A stretch of DNA of 59,711 nt, taken from the NCBI GenBank assembly GCA_016186045.1, contig JACPMJ010000005.1, forward strand, positions 73,143 through 132,853, read 5' to 3'. The notes below the pieces were generated by a model. That model saw only the letters and a list, made by a program, of their open reading frames with translations, searched no databases and was not told where the DNA came from. The stretch comes from Candidatus Uhrbacteria bacterium. GTDB taxonomy: Bacteria > Patescibacteriota > Patescibacteriia > JACQRZ01. A program made the translations under genes and the position numbers. Below, one piece after another: positions 8,440 through 18,484 of the stretch (its first letter is position 1; each line of letters opens with the position of its first letter).

Positions 8440-11400
8440 TTATTCTTCAAAAGATGATAGAGGGAATTCGTATAAAAAGTTTTGTTCAACAAGCTCTTCA
8501 TAGGTGTCTTTTAGCGTTGGCACAGGCTCTTCATAGTGTGGTTGAGCAGCATCTTTTTTTGCAATATCTTTCAGGTTCGCAATAACCGCCGCATCAATAA
8601 GGCGAGCCTTATTGCAAATAATTTTTGTTTCCGCATCTTTCAGTGAGATTGCTCCGTCTATGGCAATAATGGAGCCGTCTTGCCATAGTGCGAGCGTGTC
8701 TTTGTATAATTTCGGAAAAACAATCACCTCAATGCTATCGCTGGTATCTTCTATCTTTGCAAAAAGCATGGGTTCGTTTTTCCTTGTCAAAATCTTTTTC
8801 GACTGCGTTATGACGCCGCAGACTTTCACGGGAGTTCCGTCTCGTCCGGATTTTGCCTGGCGGCATGGAATAACATATCGCCGCACAAGATCGGTGATGC
8901 CCTGCATAGGATGTTGGGAAATATACAGTCCAAGCAGTTCTCGTTCCCATGCAAGTTTTTCTTGCGTATCTAAAGCAGGTGCAGGATCCAATCGTAACGT
9001 GCTTACGGAAAAGGAAGATCCAAAGAGTGACGTTTGACGCGTATGCTGTTCTTGTGAAATTTTTCTATTGAACGAAAGGAGCTTGTCACTATTATAGTAC
9101 ATTTCATTTCTGTCGCCAAATCTGTCAAGCGCGCCGCTCCTGATAAGGCTTTCCAAAGACTTTTTATTCATATCTTTATCTTGCACGCGTTGGAGAAAAT
9201 TTTCCAAGTTCGCATATGTGCCGTTTTTTTCTCGTTCTGTGATTATTTCCTGCGCAATGTGTTCCCCTACGTTTTTTACCGCAAGGAGTCCGAATCGGAT
9301 CGTATCCGGCGCAGATTTCTCTGCATGGGCAACCGCAGTGAACATCACATCGCTTTCATTCACATCCGGCTGAAGCACCTCTATACCCATCTGTCGGCAC
9401 TCTTCCACTTCAACAGCAATACGATCTATGGCATCCTGATCGGATGTGAGCAATGCGGCCATGAACTCAGCCGGATAATTTGCCTTCATAAAGGCAGTAT
9501 GATACGCAATCACCGCATAGCATGCCGCATGGGAGCGATTAAATCCGTAGCCGGCAAACGGCTCAATGAATTCAAACACTTTTTCAGCAACAGATTTTGA
9601 GACGCCGTTTTTTACGCAACCCTTGATAAATTTTTCTTTCTGCTCCTTGAGAAGTTTTGCGATTTTTTTTCCGACGGCTTTGCGCAAAAGATCTGCTTCG
9701 CCCAAGGAGAAACCCGCAAGATCCTGCGCTATTTTCATCAACTGTTCCTGATACACCGCAACGCCATTTGTCTTTTCTAAAATAGGACGAAGCTTTTCAT
9801 GAAGGTACGTCGGAACTCTTTTTCCATGTTTTCCGGCAATATAATCCGGAATAAGCTCTATGGGTCCCGGCCGATACAATGCCACCATTGCGATAATATC
9901 TTCTATTTCAGTTGGCTTCAACATTTTTAAATACCGTTTCATGCCACCGCTTTCCAGCTGAAAAACGCCTGTGGTCCTGCCTTCTCGCAAGAGCGCAAAT
10001 GTTTTTTTATCGTCAAATGAAATAGTATTGAAGTCTATCTCGAGTCCCTGTGTTTTTTTTACAAAATTCCGTGCATTTTCCAAGATTGTTAAATTACTCA
10101 ATCCAAGAAAATCGATTTTTAAAAGTCCAAGATCTTCAATAGGATGAAGTGAATATTGAGTGACTACGGTTTTATCATCAGGTGAGACATACTGGCAGGG
10201 TGCATATGCCGAGACCGGCTCTTCCGTAATGACCACTCCACAGGCATGCATGGAGGTATGGCGAGCAACACCTTCCAATTTTTTTGCGATATCCACAATC
10301 TGTCGCGCCTGCTCATGCGCATCATAGAGAGCGCGGAATTCTTGCACTTTCTCAAGCGACTCGGAGAGCCCCATATGCATGGGGATCGCTTTTGCAAGCG
10401 TATCACAAAACGTATATGGAGCGCCAAGCACCCGTCCCACATCACGCACAGACACGCGAGCCGCCATGGTTCCGAATGTGATGATATGCGCAACATGTTC
10501 TTTCCCGTATTTTTTTTCAACATACCCAAGTACCTCGTCACGACGCGTGTCCGCAAAATCAAGATCAATATCCGGCATGGATACGCGCGCGGGATTCAAA
10601 AACCGTTCAAACAACAGATCATATTTCAGCGGGTCAATGTTTGTAATGTTCAAAAGATATGCTACCAAGCTTCCTGCGGCGCTTCCGCGTCCCGGGCCCA
10701 CGATAATCCCTTGTTTTTTCGCCCAATTGACAAAATCCTGCACAATCAAAAAATACGCCGCAAAACCGGATGAGATAATGACGTCAAGCTCATAAGAAAG
10801 CCGATTTTGGATTTCCTTATTTTGCTCTCCTTCTTGTCCGTATCGGAATTCAACGCCAGCATCGCAGAGCGCGTGTAAATGTGATTCAGTGGTCACTTCT
10901 GGAGGAAGATCGTAATTTGGAAGAATGGTTTTTCCCATGGGAATTTTCAAATCACACTGATCTGCTATCATGCAAGTGTTTTCAATTGCTTGGGGAATAT
11001 CGTCGCAAAAGGCGTCAACAGTGCGTTGCCAGCTGACAAATGAAAAATCTTCACCAAGCATGCACAGGCGATTGGTGTCCTTTTTTTCTTTTTTTGTTTG
11101 AAGACACAACAACACATCATGCGCTTCAGCGTCTTCAGAACGGAAATAATGCGAATCAGTTGTCGCAATCAGAGGTATGCCGTGTTTCTTTGAAAGCTGA
11201 ACAAGGCCTTTGTTTATAATTTGCTGTTCCGAAAGACTCGGGTGATGTTGAAGTTCAAGATAAAAATCCTTTCCAAAAATAGTATAGTATTGTTTCAGAA
11301 CAGGATCGGGATCGCTTCCTCGTAAGATCGCCTGGCCGATCTGGCCATTGATGCACGCGGAAGACGCAATAATCCCCTCATGATACGTTTCCAAAAGTTC

Positions 11401-11763
11401 AAAATCGATGCGCGGCTTATAATAAAATCCCTCAAGGTGGGCAGCCGTTACGAGCTTGATAAGATTTTTGTATCCGATGAAATTTTTTGCAAGAAGAAGC
11501 AGGTGAAAGCGTTCATCGTCTTCTCGGCTGCTTTTTTTGTGCCTGCCGCGCGATGTGAGATATGTCTCTACGCCGATAATCGGCTTAATGCCTGCGGCCG
11601 TGCATGCCTGATAAAATTCAATAGCGCCATAGAGCGCGCCATGGTCTGTGAGTGCCAATGCAGACATGCCGACTTCTTTGGCATGCTGGACAAATTCATA
11701 AAATTTAGAGAGTCCGTCAAGCAAGCTGTAGTGGCTGTGGACGTGGAGATTGACAAATTTCAT
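8440..11763 (-). CDS. dnaE: DNA polymerase III alpha subunit
   Basis: 1107 aa. PHP N-terminus MKFVNLHVHSHYSLLDG, polymerase core, HhH and OB regions. Confidence 0.95.
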   Translation of the reverse strand: MKFVNLHVHSHYSLLDGLSKFYEFVQHAKEVGMSALALTDHGALYGAIEFYQACTAAGIKPIIGVETYLTSRGRHKKSSREDDERFHLLLLAKNFIGYKNLIKLVTAAHLEGFYYKPRIDFELLETYHEGIIASSACINGQIGQAILRGSDPDPVLKQYYTIFGKDFYLELQHHPSLSEQQIINKGLVQLSKKHGIPLIATTDSHYFRSEDAEAHDVLLCLQTKKEKKDTNRLCMLGEDFSFVSWQRTVDAFCDDIPQAIENTCMIADQCDLKIPMGKTILPNYDLPPEVTTESHLHALCDAGVEFRYGQEGEQNKEIQNRLSYELDVIISSGFAAYFLIVQDFVNWAKKQGIIVGPGRGSAAGSLVAYLLNITNIDPLKYDLLFERFLNPARVSMPDIDLDFADTRRDEVLGYVEKKYGKEHVAHIITFGTMAARVSVRDVGRVLGAPYTFCDTLAKAIPMHMGLSESLEKVQEFRALYDAHEQARQIVDIAKKLEGVARHTSMHACGVVITEEPVSAYAPCQYVSPDDKTVVTQYSLHPIEDLGLLKIDFLGLSNLTILENARNFVKKTQGLEIDFNTISFDDKKTFALLREGRTTGVFQLESGGMKRYLKMLKPTEIEDIIAMVALYRPGPIELIPDYIAGKHGKRVPTYLHEKLRPILEKTNGVAVYQEQLMKIAQDLAGFSLGEADLLRKAVGKKIAKLLKEQKEKFIKGCVKNGVSKSVAEKVFEFIEPFAGYGFNRSHAACYAVIAYHTAFMKANYPAEFMAALLTSDQDAIDRIAVEVEECRQMGIEVLQPDVNESDVMFTAVAHAEKSAPDTIRFGLLAVKNVGEHIAQEIITEREKNGTYANLENFLQRVQDKDMNKKSLESLIRSGALDRFGDRNEMYYNSDKLLSFNRKISQEQHTRQTSLFGSSFSVSTLRLDPAPALDTQEKLAWERELLGLYISQHPMQGITDLVRRYVIPCRQAKSGRDGTPVKVCGVITQSKKILTRKNEPMLFAKIEDTSDSIEVIVFPKLYKDTLALWQDGSIIAIDGAISLKDAETKIICNKARLIDAAVIANLKDIAKKDAAQPHYEEPVPTLKDTYEELVEQNFLYEFPLSSFEE

Positions 11764-11774
11764 GCAAATAAATC

Positions 11775-12119
11775 CTAATCGGATTCTTTTTCGCGACCTT
11801 TCCTGTGCGTCTTTTTTTGTTCCCCTTCTTCATCATCCCCATCGTCACGGATATCTTTTGCCATACGCCGCTGATACAGGGAAAGAGCGGCTCTGCATCC
11901 GCTCGCAATCACGTCAAGAGATGTGCGCAGACCGAGCAAACGGGAATAAAAATCCTTCCAAGAGTCGTACATCGATCCGATCCGCTCTTCTGTTGCGCTC
12001 AGTCCGCGATGAATTCTTCTCAAAATAAGAATCGCATAGAGTAATGCCGTACACAAGAATCCAGTCAGAACAACAATGGCAAGTGTTTTTACTATAAGTA
12101 GAATATCCGTACTTGTCAT
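11775..12119 (-). CDS. Small membrane protein with an acidic/basic tail, hypothetical
   Basis: One TM (ILLIVKTLAIVVLTGFLCTALLYAILIL). It is tightly packed between dnaE and the PDZ protein on the same strand. Confidence 0.55.
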   Translation of the reverse strand: MTSTDILLIVKTLAIVVLTGFLCTALLYAILILRRIHRGLSATEERIGSMYDSWKDFYSRLLGLRTSLDVIASGCRAALSLYQRRMAKDIRDDGDDEEGEQKKTHRKGREKESD

Positions 12120-12137
12120 ACTATGATATGCAAAAAA

Positions 12138-13289
12138 TTATTGAAGCGTTACGGATGTAGTTTTTTTCTCTCCGGCATGCAGATATTCTATTCCAACAGC
12201 ATTACCCGGTTTGTATTGCTGGAGTATTTCAGAAAGATTTTTTGAGGAATCAAGTATTTCGCTATTCACACTTACCACAATGTCTCCATGCGCAAAGCGT
12301 ACCATTCCGGATGGCCCGGCAATCCCGACTGGCCGTTTCTGCGCAATAATATATGCGCCATTTTTCAGGACTTCGCGATTGCGAATATCTGCGCTGATCG
12401 GCAATAGAGAAAGGTCAACATACTGGAGAGTCAGCGTCGGCCGTTGGATTTTTTTTGAACGGAGCACTTGTGCAAATGAATCCTGCACATACGCCATAGG
12501 AAGGATGCCGTTCGCAGTCGCGAGGCCAATGACCTCCTTTTTTTCCGTCACAAACGGCACTCCTTCAGTTGAAAATTTTTGTGAAGCATTAAAACGTTTT
12601 TTCAGCAGATTCGCATGCTGGATCGCCTCTGAAAGCGTTTGTGCGGGTGGATAATCCATGGGGGTGAGATCGAAAGAAACGCCCCCTCTTGCGTCAATAA
12701 GTTCAATAACACGCTTGGACGCGCCAATATCAACGGTTGTATCAAATTGCGCCGGCTTGAGCGTGCTTTCTTCGGGAAGGCGAATGCGCGCATATTGCAT
12801 GTCGGTTGCCGGGTCTGAAATGCGAGTTTCTATTTTGAATATGCGCTTTTCACTGTCAATAAAACGAATGTCTCCGGTGCGCACTGTCTCCAGAGAAGGA
12901 GGTAGAAGAATCCAGCCATCAGCAGAACCTACGAGTGCATATCCTAAAAAATCTTTTGCAAACGGAAGCAGGTCAGTGCCAAAATCCTTGGCGGTATTTT
13001 TTGCTGAAACACGATACAATTTTCCTATACTTGGCGCGATCGCGTGTACAATATCTGATATATTTGTTTCTTTCTCTGTTTTACGCGCCGCAGTCTTGTC
13101 CTCAAATATGATAGGACGGAGCTGAATGATATCTTCCGGAAGGAACACTTGCGGGCTGATAAGTCCGCCTAATATTCCGGCGATAGTCCCTATCGCGCCG
13201 ATAAATACGACCGCAAGCGCAATTCGGAGAGCGGTAAAGAAACGCGGATATTTTTTTTGCATATATGGATTGAGAGCTTTTATCGCCAT
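12138..13289 (-). CDS. Membrane-anchored HtrA-like protein with C-terminal PDZ; catalytic residues apparently missing
   Basis: I chose ATG 13289 (MAIKAL...) because the track start 13496 runs through the upstream gene. It has an N-terminal TM and a PDZ-like tail (GDIVVSVNSE...PGNAVGIEYLHAGEKK). See findings for the triad. Confidence 0.65.
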   Translation of the reverse strand: MAIKALNPYMQKKYPRFFTALRIALAVVFIGAIGTIAGILGGLISPQVFLPEDIIQLRPIIFEDKTAARKTEKETNISDIVHAIAPSIGKLYRVSAKNTAKDFGTDLLPFAKDFLGYALVGSADGWILLPPSLETVRTGDIRFIDSEKRIFKIETRISDPATDMQYARIRLPEESTLKPAQFDTTVDIGASKRVIELIDARGGVSFDLTPMDYPPAQTLSEAIQHANLLKKRFNASQKFSTEGVPFVTEKKEVIGLATANGILPMAYVQDSFAQVLRSKKIQRPTLTLQYVDLSLLPISADIRNREVLKNGAYIIAQKRPVGIAGPSGMVRFAHGDIVVSVNSEILDSSKNLSEILQQYKPGNAVGIEYLHAGEKKTTSVTLQ

Positions 13290-14041
13290 TGGGCGGTTAT
13301 TCCCACTAATACTACCACAATCACGGAAAGAATGACAGTGAGTATTTTTTGCGCGCGGGAAATGTCTTTTTTGAGAGATCCGCATCCGAAGGAAACAACG
13401 GCAAAATACAAAACGGTGATAAGGAAGGCGTTTACATGATACAAACTCGGAAGCCAGCGTATGACAAGAAGCGCTTCCGCGATAAGTATGATGCATGCCA
13501 CAAGCTCTTTACCGTATTCACGCGCTCGTGCGTCATGCATCCATGCATGAATAAGAAAAAATAAAAACGTTAAAAAGAGAAACGGCACAATAAGATACCA
13601 AATGGGAATTTCGAGAAAATAAATAAGCGCATAGAACGAAAATGAAAAAAAGAAATAACTCACCAACAATACGAGCGAAACGGTTTGAGTAAAAAATATT
13701 TCCGGATATCCTTCTTGAAACATAAAGCGATACATGCGCATGCCATACAGTAGCTGTAAGGCAGTATGGATTCCGATGACAAGCCATTGCGCCCGCTCTC
13801 CTTCAAGGAAAAAAAGCATGGCGCTTGCCGCAAGAAGTAAAGCCAATGGAGGGAACGAGATAATGAATACTTTTTTTCCGTCAGTTTTTTTTGGGATAAA
13901 GAGATAGAGAAGAATATCAGTAAGAAAAAATGTGCCGACAATAAAATAAAAAAAATATCCATCAAAAAACAGCGCGGATTTCAGCAGTGCTGCCTGCGCA
14001 ATGGGGATGAGAATGATAAGGATATTAAGAATTTTTTTCAT
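13280..14041 (-). CDS. Polytopic membrane protein, hypothetical
   Basis: I chose start MKKILNILIILIP (14041); the longer track ORF overlaps the GT gene. Multiple hydrophobic segments. Confidence 0.6.
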   Translation of the reverse strand: MKKILNILIILIPIAQAALLKSALFFDGYFFYFIVGTFFLTDILLYLFIPKKTDGKKVFIISFPPLALLLAASAMLFFLEGERAQWLVIGIHTALQLLYGMRMYRFMFQEGYPEIFFTQTVSLVLLVSYFFFSFSFYALIYFLEIPIWYLIVPFLFLTFLFFLIHAWMHDARAREYGKELVACIILIAEALLVIRWLPSLYHVNAFLITVLYFAVVSFGCGSLKKDISRAQKILTVILSVIVVVLVGITAQWR

Positions 14042-15146
14042 AGAGTGAGAGGGTTTTCTGTGCAGTGCTGTCCCATGAATATCGCGTTGCGCGCGCGTAT
14101 CCTTTTTCACGCATGCGTGCCAGGAGATCGGCATCACACACAAGTGTGCGAATCGCATGTGCAATAGCGCTCGGATCAGTGGGGTTCACATACCATGCCG
14201 CATCAGCGAGAAGCTCTTCAAAACAGATACCTTCAGAGACAATCACCGGCAGTCCATGGACCAGCGCTTCAAGCGCCGGCAGTCCGAATCCTTCTTCAAA
14301 GGAAGGCATGATACAGGCAGATGCGTGGCGATAGAGCTGGCACAAGGTATCTTCAGAAACAAATCCCATATGCTGAACGGTTTGATCCAAGCCAAGCTCG
14401 CAAATGCGCGCGCGTATTCTTCTGAAGAAAAAATCTTCCTGGCCGCACAGTACAAGAAATATGGAATCTGCGTAACTGGCAAGTATATGAAATGCCTGCA
14501 AAAGACCCTCGATATTCTTGTGCGGATATGCATTTCCAGTATACAGGATGTAAGGTTTTTTAACAGATGCCGGCAGAATTCCCTTGTCAGAAGCGCATGT
14601 ATGCGTATCATCGGCCGCCTCATGGATGACGCTGATTTTTTCCCCAGAAATTCCAAGATACGATATGATGTCCTTTTTTACGTACTCTGAAACAGTAATG
14701 ATATGTGCGGCTCGCCTGCTTGCAATATGAAGAATACAGCGATACGCGGCATATTTTATTCTATGGACAAACGCATGGCGTGATGTGGCTGCGCTTGATG
14801 CGGACTGGGGAAATTTGAGAAGGATGAGGTCGTGAATGGTGACGATGTATTTTCTTGGATAGAGTATTGGTACATTGAAATGAGGAAAATGCATGCAGTC
14901 AATGCCATGCCACATGAGAAGAAACGGAAAAAAAATCTGCTCACCAAGTGAATACCATTGATAATTCGCGCATATTTTTTTGAACCGCGCATGTGCAGGC
15001 TGGTACGCGTCAAAATTTTTTTTCCGCAAAAATACGCGATATTCATTTTGTGTGTCTATGCGTTCAAGATGTTTGAGAAGCTGCTCGATATATCTCCCAA
15101 TACCAAGCCCCTCCTGAAACATGCGTGCATCAATGCCGATTATCAT
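14025..15146 (-). CDS. Glycosyltransferase family 4 (GT-B)
   Basis: MIIGIDAR... N-terminus and the C-terminal EEGFGLPALEA motif. Confidence 0.9.
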   Translation of the reverse strand: MIIGIDARMFQEGLGIGRYIEQLLKHLERIDTQNEYRVFLRKKNFDAYQPAHARFKKICANYQWYSLGEQIFFPFLLMWHGIDCMHFPHFNVPILYPRKYIVTIHDLILLKFPQSASSAATSRHAFVHRIKYAAYRCILHIASRRAAHIITVSEYVKKDIISYLGISGEKISVIHEAADDTHTCASDKGILPASVKKPYILYTGNAYPHKNIEGLLQAFHILASYADSIFLVLCGQEDFFFRRIRARICELGLDQTVQHMGFVSEDTLCQLYRHASACIMPSFEEGFGLPALEALVHGLPVIVSEGICFEELLADAAWYVNPTDPSAIAHAIRTLVCDADLLARMREKGYARATRYSWDSTAQKTLSLYEKNS

Positions 15147-16305
15147 ATGTGTATGCGGTCATAACGCTTTCAAAAAGCTCGTGTGTTTTTTTTGCCGATG
15201 TATCCCATGAAAATTTCTGCACGCATGCGTGGCCTTTTTCAATATATCGTGCGCGGATGCGTTCGTCTATCGCGCAATCAATGAGCGCGCGGCTTAATGA
15301 AGATGTGCGGTATGGATCCACGCAATACGATCCTTCGCCGGATATTTCTGACAGACTGGAATGCGCCGCGCTGATCACCGGTGTTCCACACGCCATGGCT
15401 TCAAGAGGCGGCAATCCAAAGCCCTCATACAGGCTCGGATAGACGAATACTCGCGCATGGGAAAAAAGTACGCGCCGCATATCCGCAGAAACAGAATCAA
15501 GAAAAAAAACAGATTCGGAAATTCCCTGTTGTTTTACCGCTGACCGCAGTTCTGGTAATGGATCTGATCCACCAAGAATACAGAGCTTCCAATGTGTCAT
15601 GCGTGGCTCTTTTTTTTGCGCGTCTGCGTATGCGCGAATTACATGCAACGCATTTTTTCGCTTATCACGGGCGCCAAGCGCAAGAATATAATCCTGCGGC
15701 ATTGCGTGCATGTTGTCTTTTTGCAGTGTAAGCGGAATATTTTTGAAAAAAATATCGTCAATACCCAATGGAATGACACAAATTTTTTTTTCGTCAGTGC
15801 CATACGCATACACCATGTCGCGCTTTGTGCGCTCAGATACCGCGATACAGCGCGTTGCCGTATGAAATATGCGCCGTGGATTCACCATGCGATGCCAGAG
15901 TCTCTGTTTTTTTGAGAAACATTCAGCATAAATATCAAATGTCAAATCGTGAAATGTGACAACCGTAGGAACTGTCCCGGAAAAGCTGAAAAAGTCAATA
16001 TTCGGCGCAAAAAAAAGATCAATGCGCCTGCGAATCCGCTTTTGGATAAGCGTGTCAATGTGCGGGAGGCCGCATGACATAAGCGACATATTGAATATCT
16101 TGCTGGGGCATCTGAAAAATACCTTCATGCAATTTTTTGCGGAAAAAAAATCCTCGTTATGAACACCATGGAAGGAATTGAGAAAAAAAATATAAAAATA
16201 TTCGGGATAATTCCGCACCATACGTGAAATAACATGGCGTGTATACTCCGGAACTCCACCAATGTCTGCGATCAGCGGTCGTATGTCAATGGCGATCGTT
16301 TTCAT
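15130..16305 (-). CDS. Glycosyltransferase family 4 (GT-B)
   Basis: The YEGFGLPPLEAMACGTPVI motif. Overlaps the next GT by 17 nt. Confidence 0.9.
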   Translation of the reverse strand: MKTIAIDIRPLIADIGGVPEYTRHVISRMVRNYPEYFYIFFLNSFHGVHNEDFFSAKNCMKVFFRCPSKIFNMSLMSCGLPHIDTLIQKRIRRRIDLFFAPNIDFFSFSGTVPTVVTFHDLTFDIYAECFSKKQRLWHRMVNPRRIFHTATRCIAVSERTKRDMVYAYGTDEKKICVIPLGIDDIFFKNIPLTLQKDNMHAMPQDYILALGARDKRKNALHVIRAYADAQKKEPRMTHWKLCILGGSDPLPELRSAVKQQGISESVFFLDSVSADMRRVLFSHARVFVYPSLYEGFGLPPLEAMACGTPVISAAHSSLSEISGEGSYCVDPYRTSSLSRALIDCAIDERIRARYIEKGHACVQKFSWDTSAKKTHELFESVMTAYTYDNRH

Positions 16306-17213
16306 CGGAATGTATAGTAAATATGATTTTGAAAGCGCACATCAACATACTTCAGCCGCTTTCTGTCACTCTTAATCTTTGTATCCAATACCGTTGTGAG
16401 ATTCTCTATTTGGCCGCGTGCATCTTCAAATGGTGTAAAAAGGATGTCCCATCCTTCACGCGTCACTGCGGTGGTATCTGCCGAAGTACTGTGCGTTCTG
16501 ATATGCGAAATGCCTATTTTTTTTTCCGAAAGCTGGCGTGCCATATCGCGCACCACCGCGAGCGCGGCAGAAGAGATGCGTGGGGAATGATCCTGTGGAA
16601 TGGGATCATTTTTTTCATCAACAAGCAGAGGGATTTCAAGCGCAGGCGCAGCTGGTTGTTTTTTTCTTTCAAATTGAGAAGTACTGGTACTATGAAACAA
16701 CGCCGGAAGCTTTGATATGTCAGCTCCCATTGCAATCACATCCACTTGTCGAGAAACGCTTCCATCGGCAAAGAGCGCATAACATGCGCCTTGCGTACAC
16801 CAGAAGGCAGAAAATGGCTTTCCTGATATGACCACTTCCACTGTTATGGGAAAACGCCGTGTGATTGAAATCTCGTCCACTGCAAAAGAATTTTTCAGAG
16901 CTTCGAGAGCGGATTCTATGTCGAATAAAAAGATATTCCCATTTGAAGCAAGAACGAATTTTCGTTCATCCATTTTTTTGAAAAGAACGGATCGGACATC
17001 CTGGGGGTCGATGCCGCCGGATGCTGAAACGTCAATACGATCAATAGCAAAAAAGCGCGAGAAGAAAAAAAAGAATACCGCGCTGGCAACGAACACGGGA
17101 ATGCCGATACACAATACAAAAAATTTGACGAATTTTTTTGTTCTCTTTCGCGCACGGCGGCTTCTCCTATCAAGCATACCATGAGAGGAAGATGACAGTC
17201 GATGCATTCTCAT
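16302..17213 (-). CDS. FtsQ-type POTRA-domain cell-division protein
   Basis: Basic N-terminus, one TM, then FFAIDRIDVSASGGIDPQDVRSVL... (POTRA-like). Its ATGA overlaps the serS stop. Confidence 0.6.
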   Translation of the reverse strand: MRMHRLSSSSHGMLDRRSRRARKRTKKFVKFFVLCIGIPVFVASAVFFFFFSRFFAIDRIDVSASGGIDPQDVRSVLFKKMDERKFVLASNGNIFLFDIESALEALKNSFAVDEISITRRFPITVEVVISGKPFSAFWCTQGACYALFADGSVSRQVDVIAMGADISKLPALFHSTSTSQFERKKQPAAPALEIPLLVDEKNDPIPQDHSPRISSAALAVVRDMARQLSEKKIGISHIRTHSTSADTTAVTREGWDILFTPFEDARGQIENLTTVLDTKIKSDRKRLKYVDVRFQNHIYYTFR

Positions 17214-18475
17214 GCGGAAATTCTATCATATCCGCAGTACGGACGCAAAACATCCGGAATGACGACGGAACCGTCTTTCTCCTGATAATTTTCAATGATT
17301 GCAATCATAATGCGCAAATCTGCGCATGCGGTATTATTGAGTGTATGGACAAACTGTTTTTTTCCGTCCGTGCCCTGATATTTTGTATTTAATCTGCGCG
17401 CTTGAAAATCAGTGTCATTACTGCATGACGCAGTCTCACGATATTTGTTTTGGCCGGGCATCCACGCCTCGATATCATATTTTTTTGCATTCGGCGCGCC
17501 AATATCTCCGGTGCACATATTGAGAACCTGATAGTGCAACCGCAATGACTGCATAAATTCTTCGGCACACTGCAAGAGAAATTCATGCATCTCCCATGAA
17601 TCTTTTGGCTCGCAAAAAATAAACATCTCCACCTTGTTAAACTGGTGGCCGCGCAACATACCCTTAGTATCTTTTCCATAACTACCTGCTTCACGCCGAA
17701 AACAGCCGGAGTATCCCATGTATTTCAGGGGTCCGCTGGAAAGATCAATAATTTCATCCATATGGTATCCCGCCAACGCAACCTCTGCGGTGCCGGTGAG
17801 AAAAAGACCGTCTTCCCCCGGATTTACTGAATAAATTTCATTTTTTTCTGCCGGAAAAAAACCAGTTCCCACCATCGCTTCTTCGCGCACCAGCATGGGG
17901 GTCATCATAGGTATGAATCCTTTTGTCACATAGAAATTAAAGGCATAGTGCATAAGCGCCATATCAAGCTGTGCGAGCGCTCCTTTCAAATACCAAAATC
18001 TGTTCCCGGAAATTTTTGCTCCGCGTTCGCAATCAAGGAGCGGTTGAATGGAGGGAACAAGATAATGTTCCAGGGGCTGAAAATCAAAAATCGGTTTTTC
18101 CCCCCATGTTCGCATACGGACATTTCCACTCTCATTTGATCCGATAGGAGTGCTTTCATGTGATATGTTCGGAAGCTGTAAAAGCTGTGCGGTAAACTTC
18201 TGTTCGATATGTGAAACATTCTCCTCGAGTTTTCCAATCTTCTCCTTTATTTCTCGTATTTTTTCTATCTGTGTCATGCGCGCATCATCTTCCAGTATAC
18301 GAATAGCGTCGCTCGCTTTGTTTTGTTCCGCACGGAGTGCATCAAGCTGCGCAATACGGGTGCGGCGCTCTTCGTCAAGTGCGCTGAATGTGTCAAAATC
18401 AAATTGTATGCCGCGCTTTTCAATTTCTTGGCGAATAAGATCTGGTTTTTCACGAATCATTTTTATATCCAGCAT
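17210..18475 (-). CDS. serS: Serine--tRNA ligase
   Basis: 421 aa. N-terminal coiled-coil arm and class II core (FRREAGSYGKDTKGMLRGHQFNKVE). Ends on TGA. Confidence 0.95.
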   Translation of the reverse strand: MLDIKMIREKPDLIRQEIEKRGIQFDFDTFSALDEERRTRIAQLDALRAEQNKASDAIRILEDDARMTQIEKIREIKEKIGKLEENVSHIEQKFTAQLLQLPNISHESTPIGSNESGNVRMRTWGEKPIFDFQPLEHYLVPSIQPLLDCERGAKISGNRFWYLKGALAQLDMALMHYAFNFYVTKGFIPMMTPMLVREEAMVGTGFFPAEKNEIYSVNPGEDGLFLTGTAEVALAGYHMDEIIDLSSGPLKYMGYSGCFRREAGSYGKDTKGMLRGHQFNKVEMFIFCEPKDSWEMHEFLLQCAEEFMQSLRLHYQVLNMCTGDIGAPNAKKYDIEAWMPGQNKYRETASCSNDTDFQARRLNTKYQGTDGKKQFVHTLNNTACADLRIMIAIIENYQEKDGSVVIPDVLRPYCGYDRISA

Positions 18476-18484
18476 ATTGTGTGT

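Noticed and set aside
12138-14164. Long N-terminal extensions of the PDZ protein (to 13496) and the membrane protein (to 14164)
   Set aside because: The extensions are Cys/His/Arg-rich junk overlapping the upstream genes. Internal ATGs give TM-containing N-termini and normal gene spacing.
17210-17213. Alternative genetic code (UGA as sense, as in some CPR lineages)
   Set aside because: serS ends on TGA exactly where SerRS homologs end (ATGA overlap with the ftsQ-like start). Long genes are uninterrupted under code 11.
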